Shown: positions 8,439 to 17,877 of the stretch, piece by piece
How positions within the stretch are numbered: position 1 is the stretch's first letter
How the letters are laid out: the number at the start of each line of letters is the position of its first letter
Source of the DNA: a virus
Lineage: Duplodnaviria; Heunggongvirae; Uroviricota; Caudoviricetes
IMG/VR virus record: IMGVR_UViG_2571042206_000004
Length of the DNA: 64,000 nucleotides
Reading direction: 5' to 3' (one strand)
Made by a program: the position numbers and the translations under genes
The notes under the pieces: model-generated
Database searches by the model: none
Seen by the model: the letters and a program-made list of their open reading frames with translations, nothing else
Told to the model about the DNA's origin: nothing

Positions 8439-9935
8439 ATGACAGCACAAGCACAAATCGACGCACTAAATGACGCATTATTCAAAGCAATCGGTGATAA
8501 CCATGCAGAACAAGCGGTCACTCGTTGGATTGATACGGGCAACCCTGAATTAAACCGCATTATTTCAGGAAGCTACGAAGGCGGTTTGCCATTTGGTCGA
8601 ATGGTTGAAGTATTTGGCGAATCATCTACTGGTAAAACTGCTGACGCTACTGAATGGATGGTTCGCGCTCAGAAAATGGGTGGCTGTGCAATCTTCATTG
8701 ACTGGGAACGCTCTTTCGATGTTCGTTTGGCTGAAGGGTTCGGTCTTAACACACAGCGTCCATATTGGATTTACGCGAAGCCTGCAACATGGGAGGAAGG
8801 AAACACACTTGCCGCTAAAGCGTGCCAGTTAATTCGTGCATCTAAAGCTATTCCTGATGATGCGCCAATTTTAGTTGTATTTGACTCTATTGCTGCTGCA
8901 TTACCTAAATCGCAAGCTGGCAAAGAAATTGATGAATACACCATGAATGACACTACGGCGCTGGCTCGTGTAACGTCTTCTACGTTAAAAACCATGAGTC
9001 ACCGAGCTGAAGAGTTTAGCGCGACATTCGTATATCTCAACCAAATGCGCTTAAAGCCGGGTGTTATGTTTGGTGATCCTCGCTGTTTACGTGGTGACGT
9101 TCAAATTCCCTTTGTTGATGGCACAACTGCAACAATCAAGGAAATCGTTAAGAACAAGATCAACAAGGAAGTGTGGTCATACAACGAAACAACAGGTGAA
9201 ATTGAGCCTAAATTTATCGTTGATTGGCATGACAATGGCTCTATCGCTGATACCGACAAGCGTTGGATTCACATTCGAGCAACTACACCTGAAACGAAGA
9301 ATGGCGTATCTGCGGTTACAGCAACAAACGATCACAAAATTCTTACTCGCGAGTGTGGCTGGATTAACGCAGAGGATGTGAAGGTTGGCTATCACCTTGT
9401 TACTCATAAGCACAAAACCGCCTATGCTGTCGTCACAGAGGTTCGCGAAGGCGGTAAGAAGTTAGACACCCGCATGTATGACATTACCATTGAGGGCAAT
9501 CACAACTTCCTTGCGGGCAACAAAGACAATGGCTTCATTGTTCACAACTGCACACCAGGCGGAAAAGCAATGGAGTTTTACGCTTCTGCACGCTTGGCTT
9601 TAGGTCGTCAAAAAATCATGGACAAAGACGAAGTTGGTGAAAAGGAATTTGTGGGCCAAAACATTACCGTTCAATGCGTCAAAACAAAATTCACTCGACC
9701 GTTCCAAGAGTGCAATTTACGCATGATGTACAACGAATTTGATGTGGCTTACTTCGATCATATCGCCGCTATGCTTGATCATTTAATTAAGCGCGGTTGG
9801 ATTGAATACAACAAGCCTCGTGTTACATGGACAGATGGCAAGAAGTACTTTGTCAAAGAGCTTGTAGCCAAGTTAAACGCAGAACCTAATGGCATGGAGC
9901 AGTTAAAAGCTTTCTTACCCAAGTCCGATAAATAA
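8439..9935 (+). CDS. recA: RecA/UvsX-like recombinase interrupted by a mini-intein
   Basis: MVEVFGESSTGKT (Walker A) and post-intein GGKAMEFYASARLALGR match RecA. Start chosen at the ATG after the upstream gene's stop; the track ORF extends to 8376. Confidence 0.85.
   Translation: MTAQAQIDALNDALFKAIGDNHAEQAVTRWIDTGNPELNRIISGSYEGGLPFGRMVEVFGESSTGKTADATEWMVRAQKMGGCAIFIDWERSFDVRLAEGFGLNTQRPYWIYAKPATWEEGNTLAAKACQLIRASKAIPDDAPILVVFDSIAAALPKSQAGKEIDEYTMNDTTALARVTSSTLKTMSHRAEEFSATFVYLNQMRLKPGVMFGDPRCLRGDVQIPFVDGTTATIKEIVKNKINKEVWSYNETTGEIEPKFIVDWHDNGSIADTDKRWIHIRATTPETKNGVSAVTATNDHKILTRECGWINAEDVKVGYHLVTHKHKTAYAVVTEVREGGKKLDTRMYDITIEGNHNFLAGNKDNGFIVHNCTPGGKAMEFYASARLALGRQKIMDKDEVGEKEFVGQNITVQCVKTKFTRPFQECNLRMMYNEFDVAYFDHIAAMLDHLIKRGWIEYNKPRVTWTDGKKYFVKELVAKLNAEPNGMEQLKAFLPKSDK
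9084..9548 (+). mobile_element. mini-intein (Hint domain only, no homing endonuclease) inserted in the recA-like gene
   Basis: Starts with Cys (CLRGDVQIPF), has a TNDHKIL (TxxH) block, ends …GFIVHN followed by Cys +1 (CTPGG). 155 aa, in frame, between RecA motifs. Confidence 0.75.
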
Positions 9936-9955
9936 TTCTCAGGAGTAATAGTTAG

Positions 9956-10004
9956 ACCGCCCTAAACTAAAAGTGTGAATAACATTTTTATTAGGGCGGT
10001 TTTG
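9956..10004 (+). terminator. stem-loop with large loop + T-run after the recA-like gene
   Basis: ACCGCCCTAA…TTAGGGCGGT, a 10-bp stem with a 25-nt loop, followed by TTTTG. Confidence 0.4.
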
Positions 10005-10007
10005 CTT

Positions 10008-10361
10008 ATGAAACATTATGTTTTGGATTTTGTACCACCACTACAAGGCATGGATGATCACTTCAATACAATTCGTTTGGGGGTTACATGGTCAAAGAAA
10101 CTTGCCGCTGGTGATCGAGTGTATCTCCAAAATTCAAAAACTAAAATGATCGAAGGTTTAGCGATTGTTGATCGTGTAATTGTCGGGAAGCTTGGCGAGC
10201 TATGCGCTTATTACGGTGCTGATAATCACACCGAAATTGACAGCGAAGACAAATGCAGAAGCGCAGAGCGCTTATATAAATTAACCTTAAAGCTTTACGG
10301 GCCACACATCGCAAGCGCAATGAAGAAATCAACAGTTATTTATTTAAGGCGAATAGAGTGA
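10008..10361 (+). CDS. hypothetical protein
   Basis: Track ORF 9975..10361. ATG at 10008 lies after the terminator hairpin. No motif. Confidence 0.45.
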   Translation: MKHYVLDFVPPLQGMDDHFNTIRLGVTWSKKLAAGDRVYLQNSKTKMIEGLAIVDRVIVGKLGELCAYYGADNHTEIDSEDKCRSAERLYKLTLKLYGPHIASAMKKSTVIYLRRIE

Positions 10362-10756
10362 CTATAAAATTTGATGAGAAGTTTCCTGAAGGGAAATACA
10401 AAGGGCGAACACCGGCTGAACTTATTCTCATGCTTCAGAATGACTCCGATTTTGAAGGTGTTGATTACTTATTGTGGTTGAGAAAATTTCGAGCGGGTAA
10501 GTTTGGTGGTTTGGCAAGTACATTTGACGAAACCGTCAACGCAATTATCGACTTAATTGTTTTTGAAGTGCCGGAGTTAAAGAAAAGATATCCAGTTACC
10601 GTCTACACAAAGCTAGAAGCCAAAGAAATTTTCGACAAATATCATAAAGAAGCTCAAGAAGCCGCAAAACAGGAAGCGATTAGAAAAGAAATGAAAGCTC
10701 GCGCAGATCGCGAGCGAGCGGAACGCTACAAAGGCAAATGGGGGAGCTGGGCATAA
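10358..10756 (+). CDS. hypothetical protein (C-terminal KGKWGSWA tail)
   Basis: Overlapping start/stop with neighbours. Lys/Glu-rich C-terminus ending in an aromatic tail. Confidence 0.5.
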   Translation: MTIKFDEKFPEGKYKGRTPAELILMLQNDSDFEGVDYLLWLRKFRAGKFGGLASTFDETVNAIIDLIVFEVPELKKRYPVTVYTKLEAKEIFDKYHKEAQEAAKQEAIRKEMKARADRERAERYKGKWGSWA

Positions 10757-11193
10757 TGTTAGAAGAACAGTTAGAGCCAGATCTAAACGTTGTTGAGCAT
10801 CTTTTTCAACAAGGCAATTATGTTTACCGTTTAATGTTTTTAAGCAATGCAAATGAAACCAAAATGGCTTTTTTGAAGGGTCTCTATAATTGGCGAGAAC
10901 CACATGCGCCTCCAATGGAAACAATCCTTTTAACATCTGAAAACACAGATAAAGAAGAGCTGTTCGCCAATGGAAAGACTTTCATTGAGGAAGTCAAAAG
11001 AGATGTAGCTGGAAAGGCCGAATATATTTGGTGGGCATCGCCTCTTTATTTTAACGATGACAGTCAAATGTGTATGTTAGAGACGAAACTAACTAGAACA
11101 GTTGGTTTTTATTATAAAAATGCGGTTTTGAAGTTCTTTCGAGATCCACCCGTTCCGAAACGCAACAATCCAAATTGGGGAGCTTGGTCATGA
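10738..11193 (+). CDS. hypothetical protein, paralog A (C-terminal PKRNNPNWGAWS)
   Basis: Shares the TKMAFLKG block and the C-terminal NPNWG.WS motif with the next ORF. ATGA overlap. Confidence 0.55.
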   Translation: MGELGIMLEEQLEPDLNVVEHLFQQGNYVYRLMFLSNANETKMAFLKGLYNWREPHAPPMETILLTSENTDKEELFANGKTFIEEVKRDVAGKAEYIWWASPLYFNDDSQMCMLETKLTRTVGFYYKNAVLKFFRDPPVPKRNNPNWGAWS

Positions 11194-11708
11194 AATACAT
11201 CCCGAATCTAAATGCTGAGCTAAGCGTCTTAGAATACCGATTTAGAAACGAGTATGAAAACAGCCGTCTAATGATTATCTCCACGTTAGACAGAACTAAG
11301 ATGGCTTATGTCAAAGGTCACACGCGTCGAGACGTACCAGAATTAGGCTCTCAGCGACCCGAAGTGAAATTATCCAATGATGAAGAGCATTTCAATGTTG
11401 GGGAGCTGTACAGCTATGCCCTTGATGAAATTCACACCTACATGCGCGAACACAATGATGCCACTCATCATAAATGTGAACGCGAGGAGTACACTGTATT
11501 TTTTAATAACTCGTTTAGAGCGGGAGAGCTGATTGGAAAGATAGAAGGGGCTGTTGGTGGCTCAAAAGCCAGAGAAGTGCTGTGCTTTCTTGGGGCGTAT
11601 TTTGCGCTCACCAAAGAAAGTGTAGATCAACCCGAAGTTCCAAATCCAAAAAGAACAAATCCTAATTATTCAAAAAGAACAAATCCTAATTGGGGGTTAT
11701 TTTCATGA
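11175..11708 (+). CDS. hypothetical protein, paralog B (C-terminal KRTNPNYSKRTNPNWGLFS)
   Basis: TKMAYVKG block. Internal 24-nt direct repeat encoding KRTNPN(Y/W). ATGA overlap with neighbours. Confidence 0.55.
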   Translation: MGSLVMKYIPNLNAELSVLEYRFRNEYENSRLMIISTLDRTKMAYVKGHTRRDVPELGSQRPEVKLSNDEEHFNVGELYSYALDEIHTYMREHNDATHHKCEREEYTVFFNNSFRAGELIGKIEGAVGGSKAREVLCFLGAYFALTKESVDQPEVPNPKRTNPNYSKRTNPNWGLFS

Positions 11709-12070
11709 GAAAACCACACTCAATCAACGGCAAACAAGTCGGCATGGTTTACACGCAAGGCGGCAAATCTATCTACTTGGCCATGAGATCAGGAGCTAAG
11801 AATCGCAATATTGATTTAAAGACCAACTCATGGCTTTTTGAACCTATTATCATCAGTCATTGTATTAACAACTCAATTGATGCAATTGGGGTAGTTCACC
11901 GCGTAAACAAGAAATGCACTTACTACCTCACCCCTTTAAGCCACTTTCTCGAGAACTGCGAACCACACAGCACATCAAAAGGCTTGTACAAACGTTTAAA
12001 CATGAACAAATTCATGATCAATTCAGAGCGTTTTCACGGCAATCTTGAAAAATCACTCAAAATTAAGTAG
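11690..12070 (+). CDS. hypothetical protein
   Basis: 126-aa ORF translationally coupled to the upstream ORF. No motif. Confidence 0.45.
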   Translation: MGVIFMRKPHSINGKQVGMVYTQGGKSIYLAMRSGAKNRNIDLKTNSWLFEPIIISHCINNSIDAIGVVHRVNKKCTYYLTPLSHFLENCEPHSTSKGLYKRLNMNKFMINSERFHGNLEKSLKIK

Positions 12071-12104
12071 CCTATTATTCAGTCACCAATGACTTACTTT
12101 TAAA

Positions 12105-12353
12105 ATGTTCATATCTGAAACAAACAAAGAGTTTAAAGATATGAACATTTCTAACAATCGCACGATTGACCGAGCAGCTAAAGCCTTAATTAAGGAAGGT
12201 TGGACATATCGCCAAAGTAAAGGCGGTCACGTTGTCTTGAAAGACCCAAAAACGGGCTTTTCTCTCCCCGCTCCTGTTTCTCCTTCTTGCCATAGAGCCG
12301 AGAAAAATTGGCTTTCAGCTGTGAAGAAAATACGACAAGGAGTTCGACCATAA
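12105..12353 (+). CDS. HicA/YcfA-like mRNA interferase toxin domain protein (putative)
   Basis: ALIKEGWTYRQSKGGHVVLKDPKTGFSLPAP resembles HicA (GW…GSHh…P). An internal ATG at 12141 is a possible alternative start. TAATG overlap with the downstream ORF. Confidence 0.4.
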   Translation: MFISETNKEFKDMNISNNRTIDRAAKALIKEGWTYRQSKGGHVVLKDPKTGFSLPAPVSPSCHRAEKNWLSAVKKIRQGVRP

Positions 12354-12751
12354 TGATTTTGACATCCGCGCTGACATGCCTAGCTTTGAACATTTACCAC
12401 GAAGCACGAGGTGAACCAAAGCTAGGCAAAGAGTTAGTTGCAATTACCACCCTTAACCGCGCTGAAGGCGACAATAGTAAAATTTGTCAGGAAGTCCTTA
12501 GAAAACATCAATTCTCATGGACTGCAAGTAAGGTAAGCGGTAGAACGCTCAACAGCAGCGGAAAGCCAAAAGAAAAAGAAGCTTGGGAAGATTCAAAACG
12601 AATTGCAGAACAAGCCTTAAATGGTCGATTTTCAGTTCCAGTACGGTACAGCGGTGTTACTCATTTTTGCTCACATCGTAAGCGAGGCTGGGAAAAACAA
12701 CTCAAATATGTTGGTCAAATAGGCAACCATCATTTTTATATGGCAAAATAA
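12353..12751 (+). CDS. SleB/Hydrolase_2-family cell-wall hydrolase with N-terminal hydrophobic signal-like segment
   Basis: NIYHEARGEP…AITTLNR…QFSW…ALNG…THF…GW…IGNHHFY matches the SleB-domain consensus (EARGE…NR…QFS…LNG…HvFY). Confidence 0.7.
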   Translation: MILTSALTCLALNIYHEARGEPKLGKELVAITTLNRAEGDNSKICQEVLRKHQFSWTASKVSGRTLNSSGKPKEKEAWEDSKRIAEQALNGRFSVPVRYSGVTHFCSHRKRGWEKQLKYVGQIGNHHFYMAK

Positions 12752-12768
12752 TCAGTCAGTACTGACTT
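12751..12768. repeat. palindromic motif copy (class I), TATAAT 10 nt downstream
   Basis: Read directly from the sequence. Confidence 0.75.
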
Positions 12769-12812
12769 ATTTATGTCTATAATTATCACACAATTTTGTG
12801 GAAACTATATCT

Positions 12813-13907
12813 ATGAAACCTTATGGCATTCAGTCAGATTCGCATCACCATAATTGGAGTGCGTTTTCACACACTACTGCTAACGGTATCAATAACCGTT
12901 TAGAAGGGTGTTTAAACGAAGTTCGCCGTCTTGCAGCAGAAGTTAAAAGCGCAGGCGGCAACACTATTTATCACACAGGTGATTTATTTCATGTGCGCGG
13001 GCAGATTGCGCCCTCAGTACTAAACCCTACGCTTGATGTTTACCGCCAATTGATTGAAGAAGGTTTTATCATTCGTATATTAGCTGGCAACCATGATCTT
13101 GAAGATCGTCATGTCACACGCACCGGCTCTGCAGTAACAGCATTAGAAGGTATCGGTTGTCAAATCGTTAATAAGCCTACTTTCTTCAATGATGATCGTG
13201 TTGTGATGATACCGTGGATTGAAAGCGTAAAAGGGCTTAAAGACGAGATAGAAAAGGCTAAAAAGCACATCGAATCAATGCCATCCCCTCCGCCTTTGCG
13301 CTCTATGGAAAGCATAAGTGATTGGACGTTAATGATTCATGCGCCTGTAGACGGCGTTATTGCGGGATTACCTGAGCATGGACTTACCGCAAGTGATCTT
13401 GAGCAATATGGATTTAAGCTCGTATTTAGCGGTCACTACCATCATCACAAACAACTTAGCGAAACTGTTTATTCGGTAGGTGCATTGGCTCACTACACAT
13501 GGTCTGACGTTGGCCATAAAGCAGGATTCTTAGTTGTAAATAACACCGATGTGCGTTGGTACAAATCCCATTTACCTGCCTTTGTTGAAATTGATGGCTC
13601 AATGGATGAATTAGACATTCAAGCTGTTGTGCCTGGTAACTATGTCCGCGCAAAAATCAAGATCGTTAAACAAATCGAAATTGAGCAGTTCCGCAAATAC
13701 CTTACAGATATTGGCGCTCAAGGTGTGACGATCATTGCGTCCAAACCAGTTGCAGACGTTCAACGTGCAAACGCAGCGGTAAAAGCTGGCGCGTCAATTG
13801 AGTCGTCCGTAACTCAATTTATTACTAACTCGCCGTTAAACAGCCCTCAACTTGATGCGCTGTGCCAATCAATTTTGACAGAAGCGCGCATGGAGGTTGC
13901 TGAGTAA
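12813..13907 (+). CDS. sbcD: SbcD/Mre11-like nuclease (T4 gp47-like)
   Basis: Calcineurin-like phosphoesterase motifs HTGDLFH, ILAGNHD and GHYHHH. Track ORF begins at GTG 12798; ATG 12813 preferred. Confidence 0.8.
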   Translation: MKPYGIQSDSHHHNWSAFSHTTANGINNRLEGCLNEVRRLAAEVKSAGGNTIYHTGDLFHVRGQIAPSVLNPTLDVYRQLIEEGFIIRILAGNHDLEDRHVTRTGSAVTALEGIGCQIVNKPTFFNDDRVVMIPWIESVKGLKDEIEKAKKHIESMPSPPPLRSMESISDWTLMIHAPVDGVIAGLPEHGLTASDLEQYGFKLVFSGHYHHHKQLSETVYSVGALAHYTWSDVGHKAGFLVVNNTDVRWYKSHLPAFVEIDGSMDELDIQAVVPGNYVRAKIKIVKQIEIEQFRKYLTDIGAQGVTIIASKPVADVQRANAAVKAGASIESSVTQFITNSPLNSPQLDALCQSILTEARMEVAE

Positions 13908-15859
13908 TGGAATTTTTAACACTCAAGATTAATAACTTCTTAACGATTGGCGAAGCCCGTCTTGATTTAGCTAATCGTGGATTATTGTTGGTGCAAGGTG
14001 AAAACAAAGACAACTCATCCGCAGACTCAAATGGTTCAGGTAAGTCATCCATTGTTGACGCTTTATGTTGGTGCCTCTACGGAACTACCGCAAGAGACGT
14101 TACAGGAGATTTAGTCATTAATAAGACGGCCAAAAAGGATTGTGCGGTCGAACTCACGATTCATGACAATGGACAGTGTTACAAAATCGCTCGTCACCGC
14201 AAACATGCGACACACAAAAACGCGCTGATTGTCTTAAAAACCGATATTTACGGCAATGAGTTACCTAATGGCAACATCACGAAAGGCACTGATAAAGAAA
14301 CTCAGGAGCTTGTAGTTGATATTGTTGGTTCTACGCTAGATGTCTTTATGTCATCCGTATATGCGGGTCAGGAAATGATGCCAAACCTCCCCGCCCTTAC
14401 GGATAAAAACCTGAAAGTCTTAATTGAAGAGGCGGCTGGCATTCAGGTTTTAGAGCAAGCGCACACCATTGCAAAACGTAAGTTAGCCGAAGTTAAAGCG
14501 AAGCTCTCAAATAAGCTCACAATACGCGATAATTTTGCGACGGTACTTGCGACCATGCAGAGTCAACTGGCTGAGACACAAGCGAAATTAAAGCAGTTTG
14601 ACGACACAAAAGAGTCACGCGCTAGAGCTGTGTTGAGCGAAGCGTTACCGCTGAAGAAGGCTATTGAAGACATCAAAGTCCAAATGGGCAATACCGACAT
14701 TAACGCTCTCAATGCCGAGAAACAAAGTATTGAAACCGCGATTAGTAAAGCGGAAGATTTAGTTAATGAGGCAAAGAAATTAACTCAGATCCGTGATGAC
14801 TTGGGTATCAAGTACCGCATCACTAATAATAATTATTCTTCTCTTAAAACTAATTTAAATAATTTAGCGACCAAAATTCGAGGCATTGACGGTTTAGTTG
14901 GTACGCCTTGCACACAGTGCGGTAAAGAATATTGCGCTAGTGATTTACAGCAAGCGCGGTCGGTTCAAATGAATCAAGCCCAAGTTGCAAAACAAGATGC
15001 GCTGAAAGCCAAAGCCGAAATGGAACAGGTGAAAGCTGAATTTGAAGCGGCTGAGAAGAACCTCAATGACTTCCTTCAAAACAATTCGCTGGACGTTCGC
15101 AAGCTCTATGCTGACAAGGCTGCTGTTGAAGGCGCAATTGCTGCATTTACTTCGTCAAGCTCTGAGATTGACCGCAATCTCAAGGACATTGAAAGAATCA
15201 AAAAGCGCGCAAAAGATGTAATGAATGAGGCGAATCCATTCTCAGCAATGGAAGCTGACCAACAAGCAAAAATTGCGGATTACATCGCAAAGAACTCTGC
15301 AATTGATCAGGAAGTGCAGGAATTGCAAGCGTTAGTTGAATTACATGAACATGCGGTTTTGATTTATGGCCCATCAGGTGTGCGCGCTCATATTCTCGAT
15401 ACAGTTACGCCGTTCTTGAATGAGCGAACCGAAGACTATCTCGGCGCACTTACTGACGGCAACACTCATGCGGTTTGGTCGACCTTGACGCTTAACAGCA
15501 AAAAAGAGCTTAAAGAAAAATTCACAATCGATGTCCGTGACAATACGGGCGGAGAGTCATTTAAAGGTTTGAGCGGCGGTGAAAAACGTAAGGTTCGTTT
15601 AGCTACCGCTTTAGCACTGCAAGATCTGGTTGCTAGTCGCGCAACCAAGCCGATTAGTTTGTTCATCGGTGACGAAATTGATGATGCATTGGATAAATCA
15701 GGTCTTGAACGTCTTATGGGTGTGCTTGAGCGAAAAGCACGAGAACGAGGCACCGTGATCGTTGTGTCGCATTCAGAGCTGCGAGATTGGATTGACGATG
15801 TTGTGGTAGTCACTAAGGAAAATGGTTACTCAACTGTGAGCGGTGCAAATCTCGTTTAA
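13907..15859 (+). CDS. sbcC: SbcC/Rad50-like ATPase (T4 gp46-like)
   Basis: Walker A NGSGKSS, long coiled coil with CxxC hook (CTQCGKEYC), signature LSGGEKRKV, Walker B LFIGDEIDDALD. Confidence 0.85.
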   Translation: MEFLTLKINNFLTIGEARLDLANRGLLLVQGENKDNSSADSNGSGKSSIVDALCWCLYGTTARDVTGDLVINKTAKKDCAVELTIHDNGQCYKIARHRKHATHKNALIVLKTDIYGNELPNGNITKGTDKETQELVVDIVGSTLDVFMSSVYAGQEMMPNLPALTDKNLKVLIEEAAGIQVLEQAHTIAKRKLAEVKAKLSNKLTIRDNFATVLATMQSQLAETQAKLKQFDDTKESRARAVLSEALPLKKAIEDIKVQMGNTDINALNAEKQSIETAISKAEDLVNEAKKLTQIRDDLGIKYRITNNNYSSLKTNLNNLATKIRGIDGLVGTPCTQCGKEYCASDLQQARSVQMNQAQVAKQDALKAKAEMEQVKAEFEAAEKNLNDFLQNNSLDVRKLYADKAAVEGAIAAFTSSSSEIDRNLKDIERIKKRAKDVMNEANPFSAMEADQQAKIADYIAKNSAIDQEVQELQALVELHEHAVLIYGPSGVRAHILDTVTPFLNERTEDYLGALTDGNTHAVWSTLTLNSKKELKEKFTIDVRDNTGGESFKGLSGGEKRKVRLATALALQDLVASRATKPISLFIGDEIDDALDKSGLERLMGVLERKARERGTVIVVSHSELRDWIDDVVVVTKENGYSTVSGANLV

Positions 15860-15875
15860 TCCCGTCTAAACATAC

Positions 15876-15913
15876 CGCTAATACGCACAGATTGCGCGTA
15901 TTAGCGCGTTTTT
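15876..15913 (+). terminator. intrinsic terminator after sbcC
   Basis: CGCTAATACGC / GCGTATTAGCG, an 11-bp stem, followed by CGTTTTT. Confidence 0.6.
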
Positions 15914-15959
15914 CGTTAAGGGCATACAAATTCACACATTAATTGCAAGGAGAGCATTT

Positions 15960-16592
15960 GTGAACATCTATGAAGCTATTGAGGATGAAGTCCTCGCTCA
16001 GCTAGAAAAGGAGGACAGTTTAATTCAGCAGCATTTGAATTTGTGCGCAAATGAGGATGCAAAACTCGCTTCAAAAGTGAAGGAAATCCTTTCTGGCGTT
16101 GTGCATCAAATGAATGCTGAACTTGATATGAATGCTAACGACTCTGAATTTTCCCCTCTGTCATTTGCTAACGAGTTTATGTTGGCTCAGGGTGGGAATA
16201 TTCAGGTTCGAAAAATCTATAAAAGCGGTACGGACTCTTGGACGCAGCGAGAGTTTTTGGGTGGAGAATCATTCCTTTTGTTTAAGGCTGGCATAAATGA
16301 AAGCCTCATTGAGCAAATGGACTTTTGGAAAGTTCAAGAGGACATCCTTGATTTAATTCACCTCCGCTTCAGACCCGCTTTTGCTGCCGATTTTGCAGAA
16401 ATCATGGTTGATATAAATCGTGGCCGTCAGCTTTTTAACGGATTGCATGAAACGCTGACGGAAGTTTTCGACAGCTTGTCATTTAGACCAGCGATCAAAT
16501 CAATCCAAGAGGCAAAAGCGGAAATCAAGAAGCTCCGCTGTGTGCGCGAGCAAAAGATTCAAAGTTTAAAAAACAATGTGGCAGTGTGGTAA
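15960..16592 (+). CDS. hypothetical protein (GTG start)
   Basis: AAGGAG RBS 7 nt upstream of GTG. 210 aa. No motif. Confidence 0.5.
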   Translation: MNIYEAIEDEVLAQLEKEDSLIQQHLNLCANEDAKLASKVKEILSGVVHQMNAELDMNANDSEFSPLSFANEFMLAQGGNIQVRKIYKSGTDSWTQREFLGGESFLLFKAGINESLIEQMDFWKVQEDILDLIHLRFRPAFAADFAEIMVDINRGRQLFNGLHETLTEVFDSLSFRPAIKSIQEAKAEIKKLRCVREQKIQSLKNNVAVW

Positions 16593-16595
16593 AAA

Positions 16596-17189
16596 ATGAG
16601 TAATACAGTACGCGTAATCGGGATTGACCCATCATTAAAGAATTTCGGAATCGTAGTTGCCGATGTGAATTTGGATGATCCAGATCTTTCATTCTCTGTT
16701 GTGAGCATGAACTTAATTAAATCTGAAGAGAACAAGGCAACTAAAAAAGTTGTTCGCAAAAACAGTGATGACTTACGCCGGGCAAAATCGCTTCATGATG
16801 GTTTAAAAGAAGCTTGTAAGGGTGCTTCATTTGCTATTTGCGAAGTTCCTGTTGGCTCTCAGTCAGCGCGAGCAATGGTTTCTTACGGTATTTGCATTGG
16901 GGTTTTGTCTAGTTGTCCGCTTCCTTTAATTCAAGTCACACCGACCGAAGTAAAATTAGCTGGAACCGGCATTAAAACCGCAACAAAGGGCGAAATGATC
17001 GAAGCTGCAATGAATGCTCATCCTGAAGCTAAATGGCCAATGCGAAAAATCAAAGGCGTACTAGAGCCATTAAGTAGTAACGAACATTTGGCAGATGCTA
17101 CTTTCGCGATTAAGGCAGGTTTGGACACCGACGAGTTTAAATCTGCAATTCAGATGCTCAAGCAGTTAAAAAATGCCCAACTAAATTAA
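16596..17189 (+). CDS. RuvC/YqgF-like Holliday junction resolvase (putative)
   Basis: N-terminal VIGIDPSLKNFGIVVAD (RuvC IGIDPG…G.AV) and downstream acidic/Gly motifs. Confidence 0.5.
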   Translation: MSNTVRVIGIDPSLKNFGIVVADVNLDDPDLSFSVVSMNLIKSEENKATKKVVRKNSDDLRRAKSLHDGLKEACKGASFAICEVPVGSQSARAMVSYGICIGVLSSCPLPLIQVTPTEVKLAGTGIKTATKGEMIEAAMNAHPEAKWPMRKIKGVLEPLSSNEHLADATFAIKAGLDTDEFKSAIQMLKQLKNAQLN

Positions 17190-17203
17190 AAAATTAGGCA
17201 CTA

Positions 17204-17223
17204 GATCAGTCAGTACTGACTAT
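17204..17223. repeat. palindromic motif copy (class I) followed by TATACT and a hairpin
   Basis: Read directly from the sequence. Confidence 0.75.
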
Positions 17224-17271
17224 ACTATTAAGGCGGCGATTTGTCGCCTTAATATTTTATTTATTAGGTTT

Positions 17272-17877
17272 TTGGATCACCAACAGATGAGCAATGACAA
17301 ACTAAAACTCTTTGCAGAAGGAAATCCCGCTCGTGTTACCGTTCGGTTAGACCCCCTCGAAAGAGATATTGAAGCCGCACTTAGTTACTCCAAAAGTAAG
17401 GCTATGAAAATAGCGGTAAACGAAGGCTTCATTTCCTCTCAATGCCTGAATTGTCATTGCTTTAAGGTTCAAAGCGAAGTTGTTCGCACTCGCAAGAGCT
17501 GGGAGGATGAGCTAAGAGTAACGATAAGATGTGATTCGCAAACGATTTTTCGACCAGTTATCTGCCCTGCTCCATTAGGCGCAAACGAGCTAACAAACAG
17601 CTTATCAAATCTCACATCGAGAGTAAGTGCGGCAGACCTTTCAGTCAAAGCAAGCGCAAGTGCAATTTCTTCGTTGGTAAGTCGAGTTGATTATGACTCG
17701 TTGCGGAATAAAAAAGCTGAATCATGGGATGGCTATTTTGAACGTGACTCAATTATCGTTCCACCCATAACGCCAAAGAAAACACCTGAAGAGCTAGAAA
17801 AAGAGCTTGAAGAAGCCTCAGATGAATCAGTGGGCATCACAAAAGATACCCCTCGAACTGGTGGGGTGGCATGGTGA
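17272..17877 (+). CDS. hypothetical protein (C-terminus …TGGVAW)
   Basis: ORF follows a palindromic motif and hairpin. Internal ATG at 17287 is a possible start. Confidence 0.45.
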   Translation: MDHQQMSNDKLKLFAEGNPARVTVRLDPLERDIEAALSYSKSKAMKIAVNEGFISSQCLNCHCFKVQSEVVRTRKSWEDELRVTIRCDSQTIFRPVICPAPLGANELTNSLSNLTSRVSAADLSVKASASAISSLVSRVDYDSLRNKKAESWDGYFERDSIIVPPITPKKTPEELEKELEEASDESVGITKDTPRTGGVAW

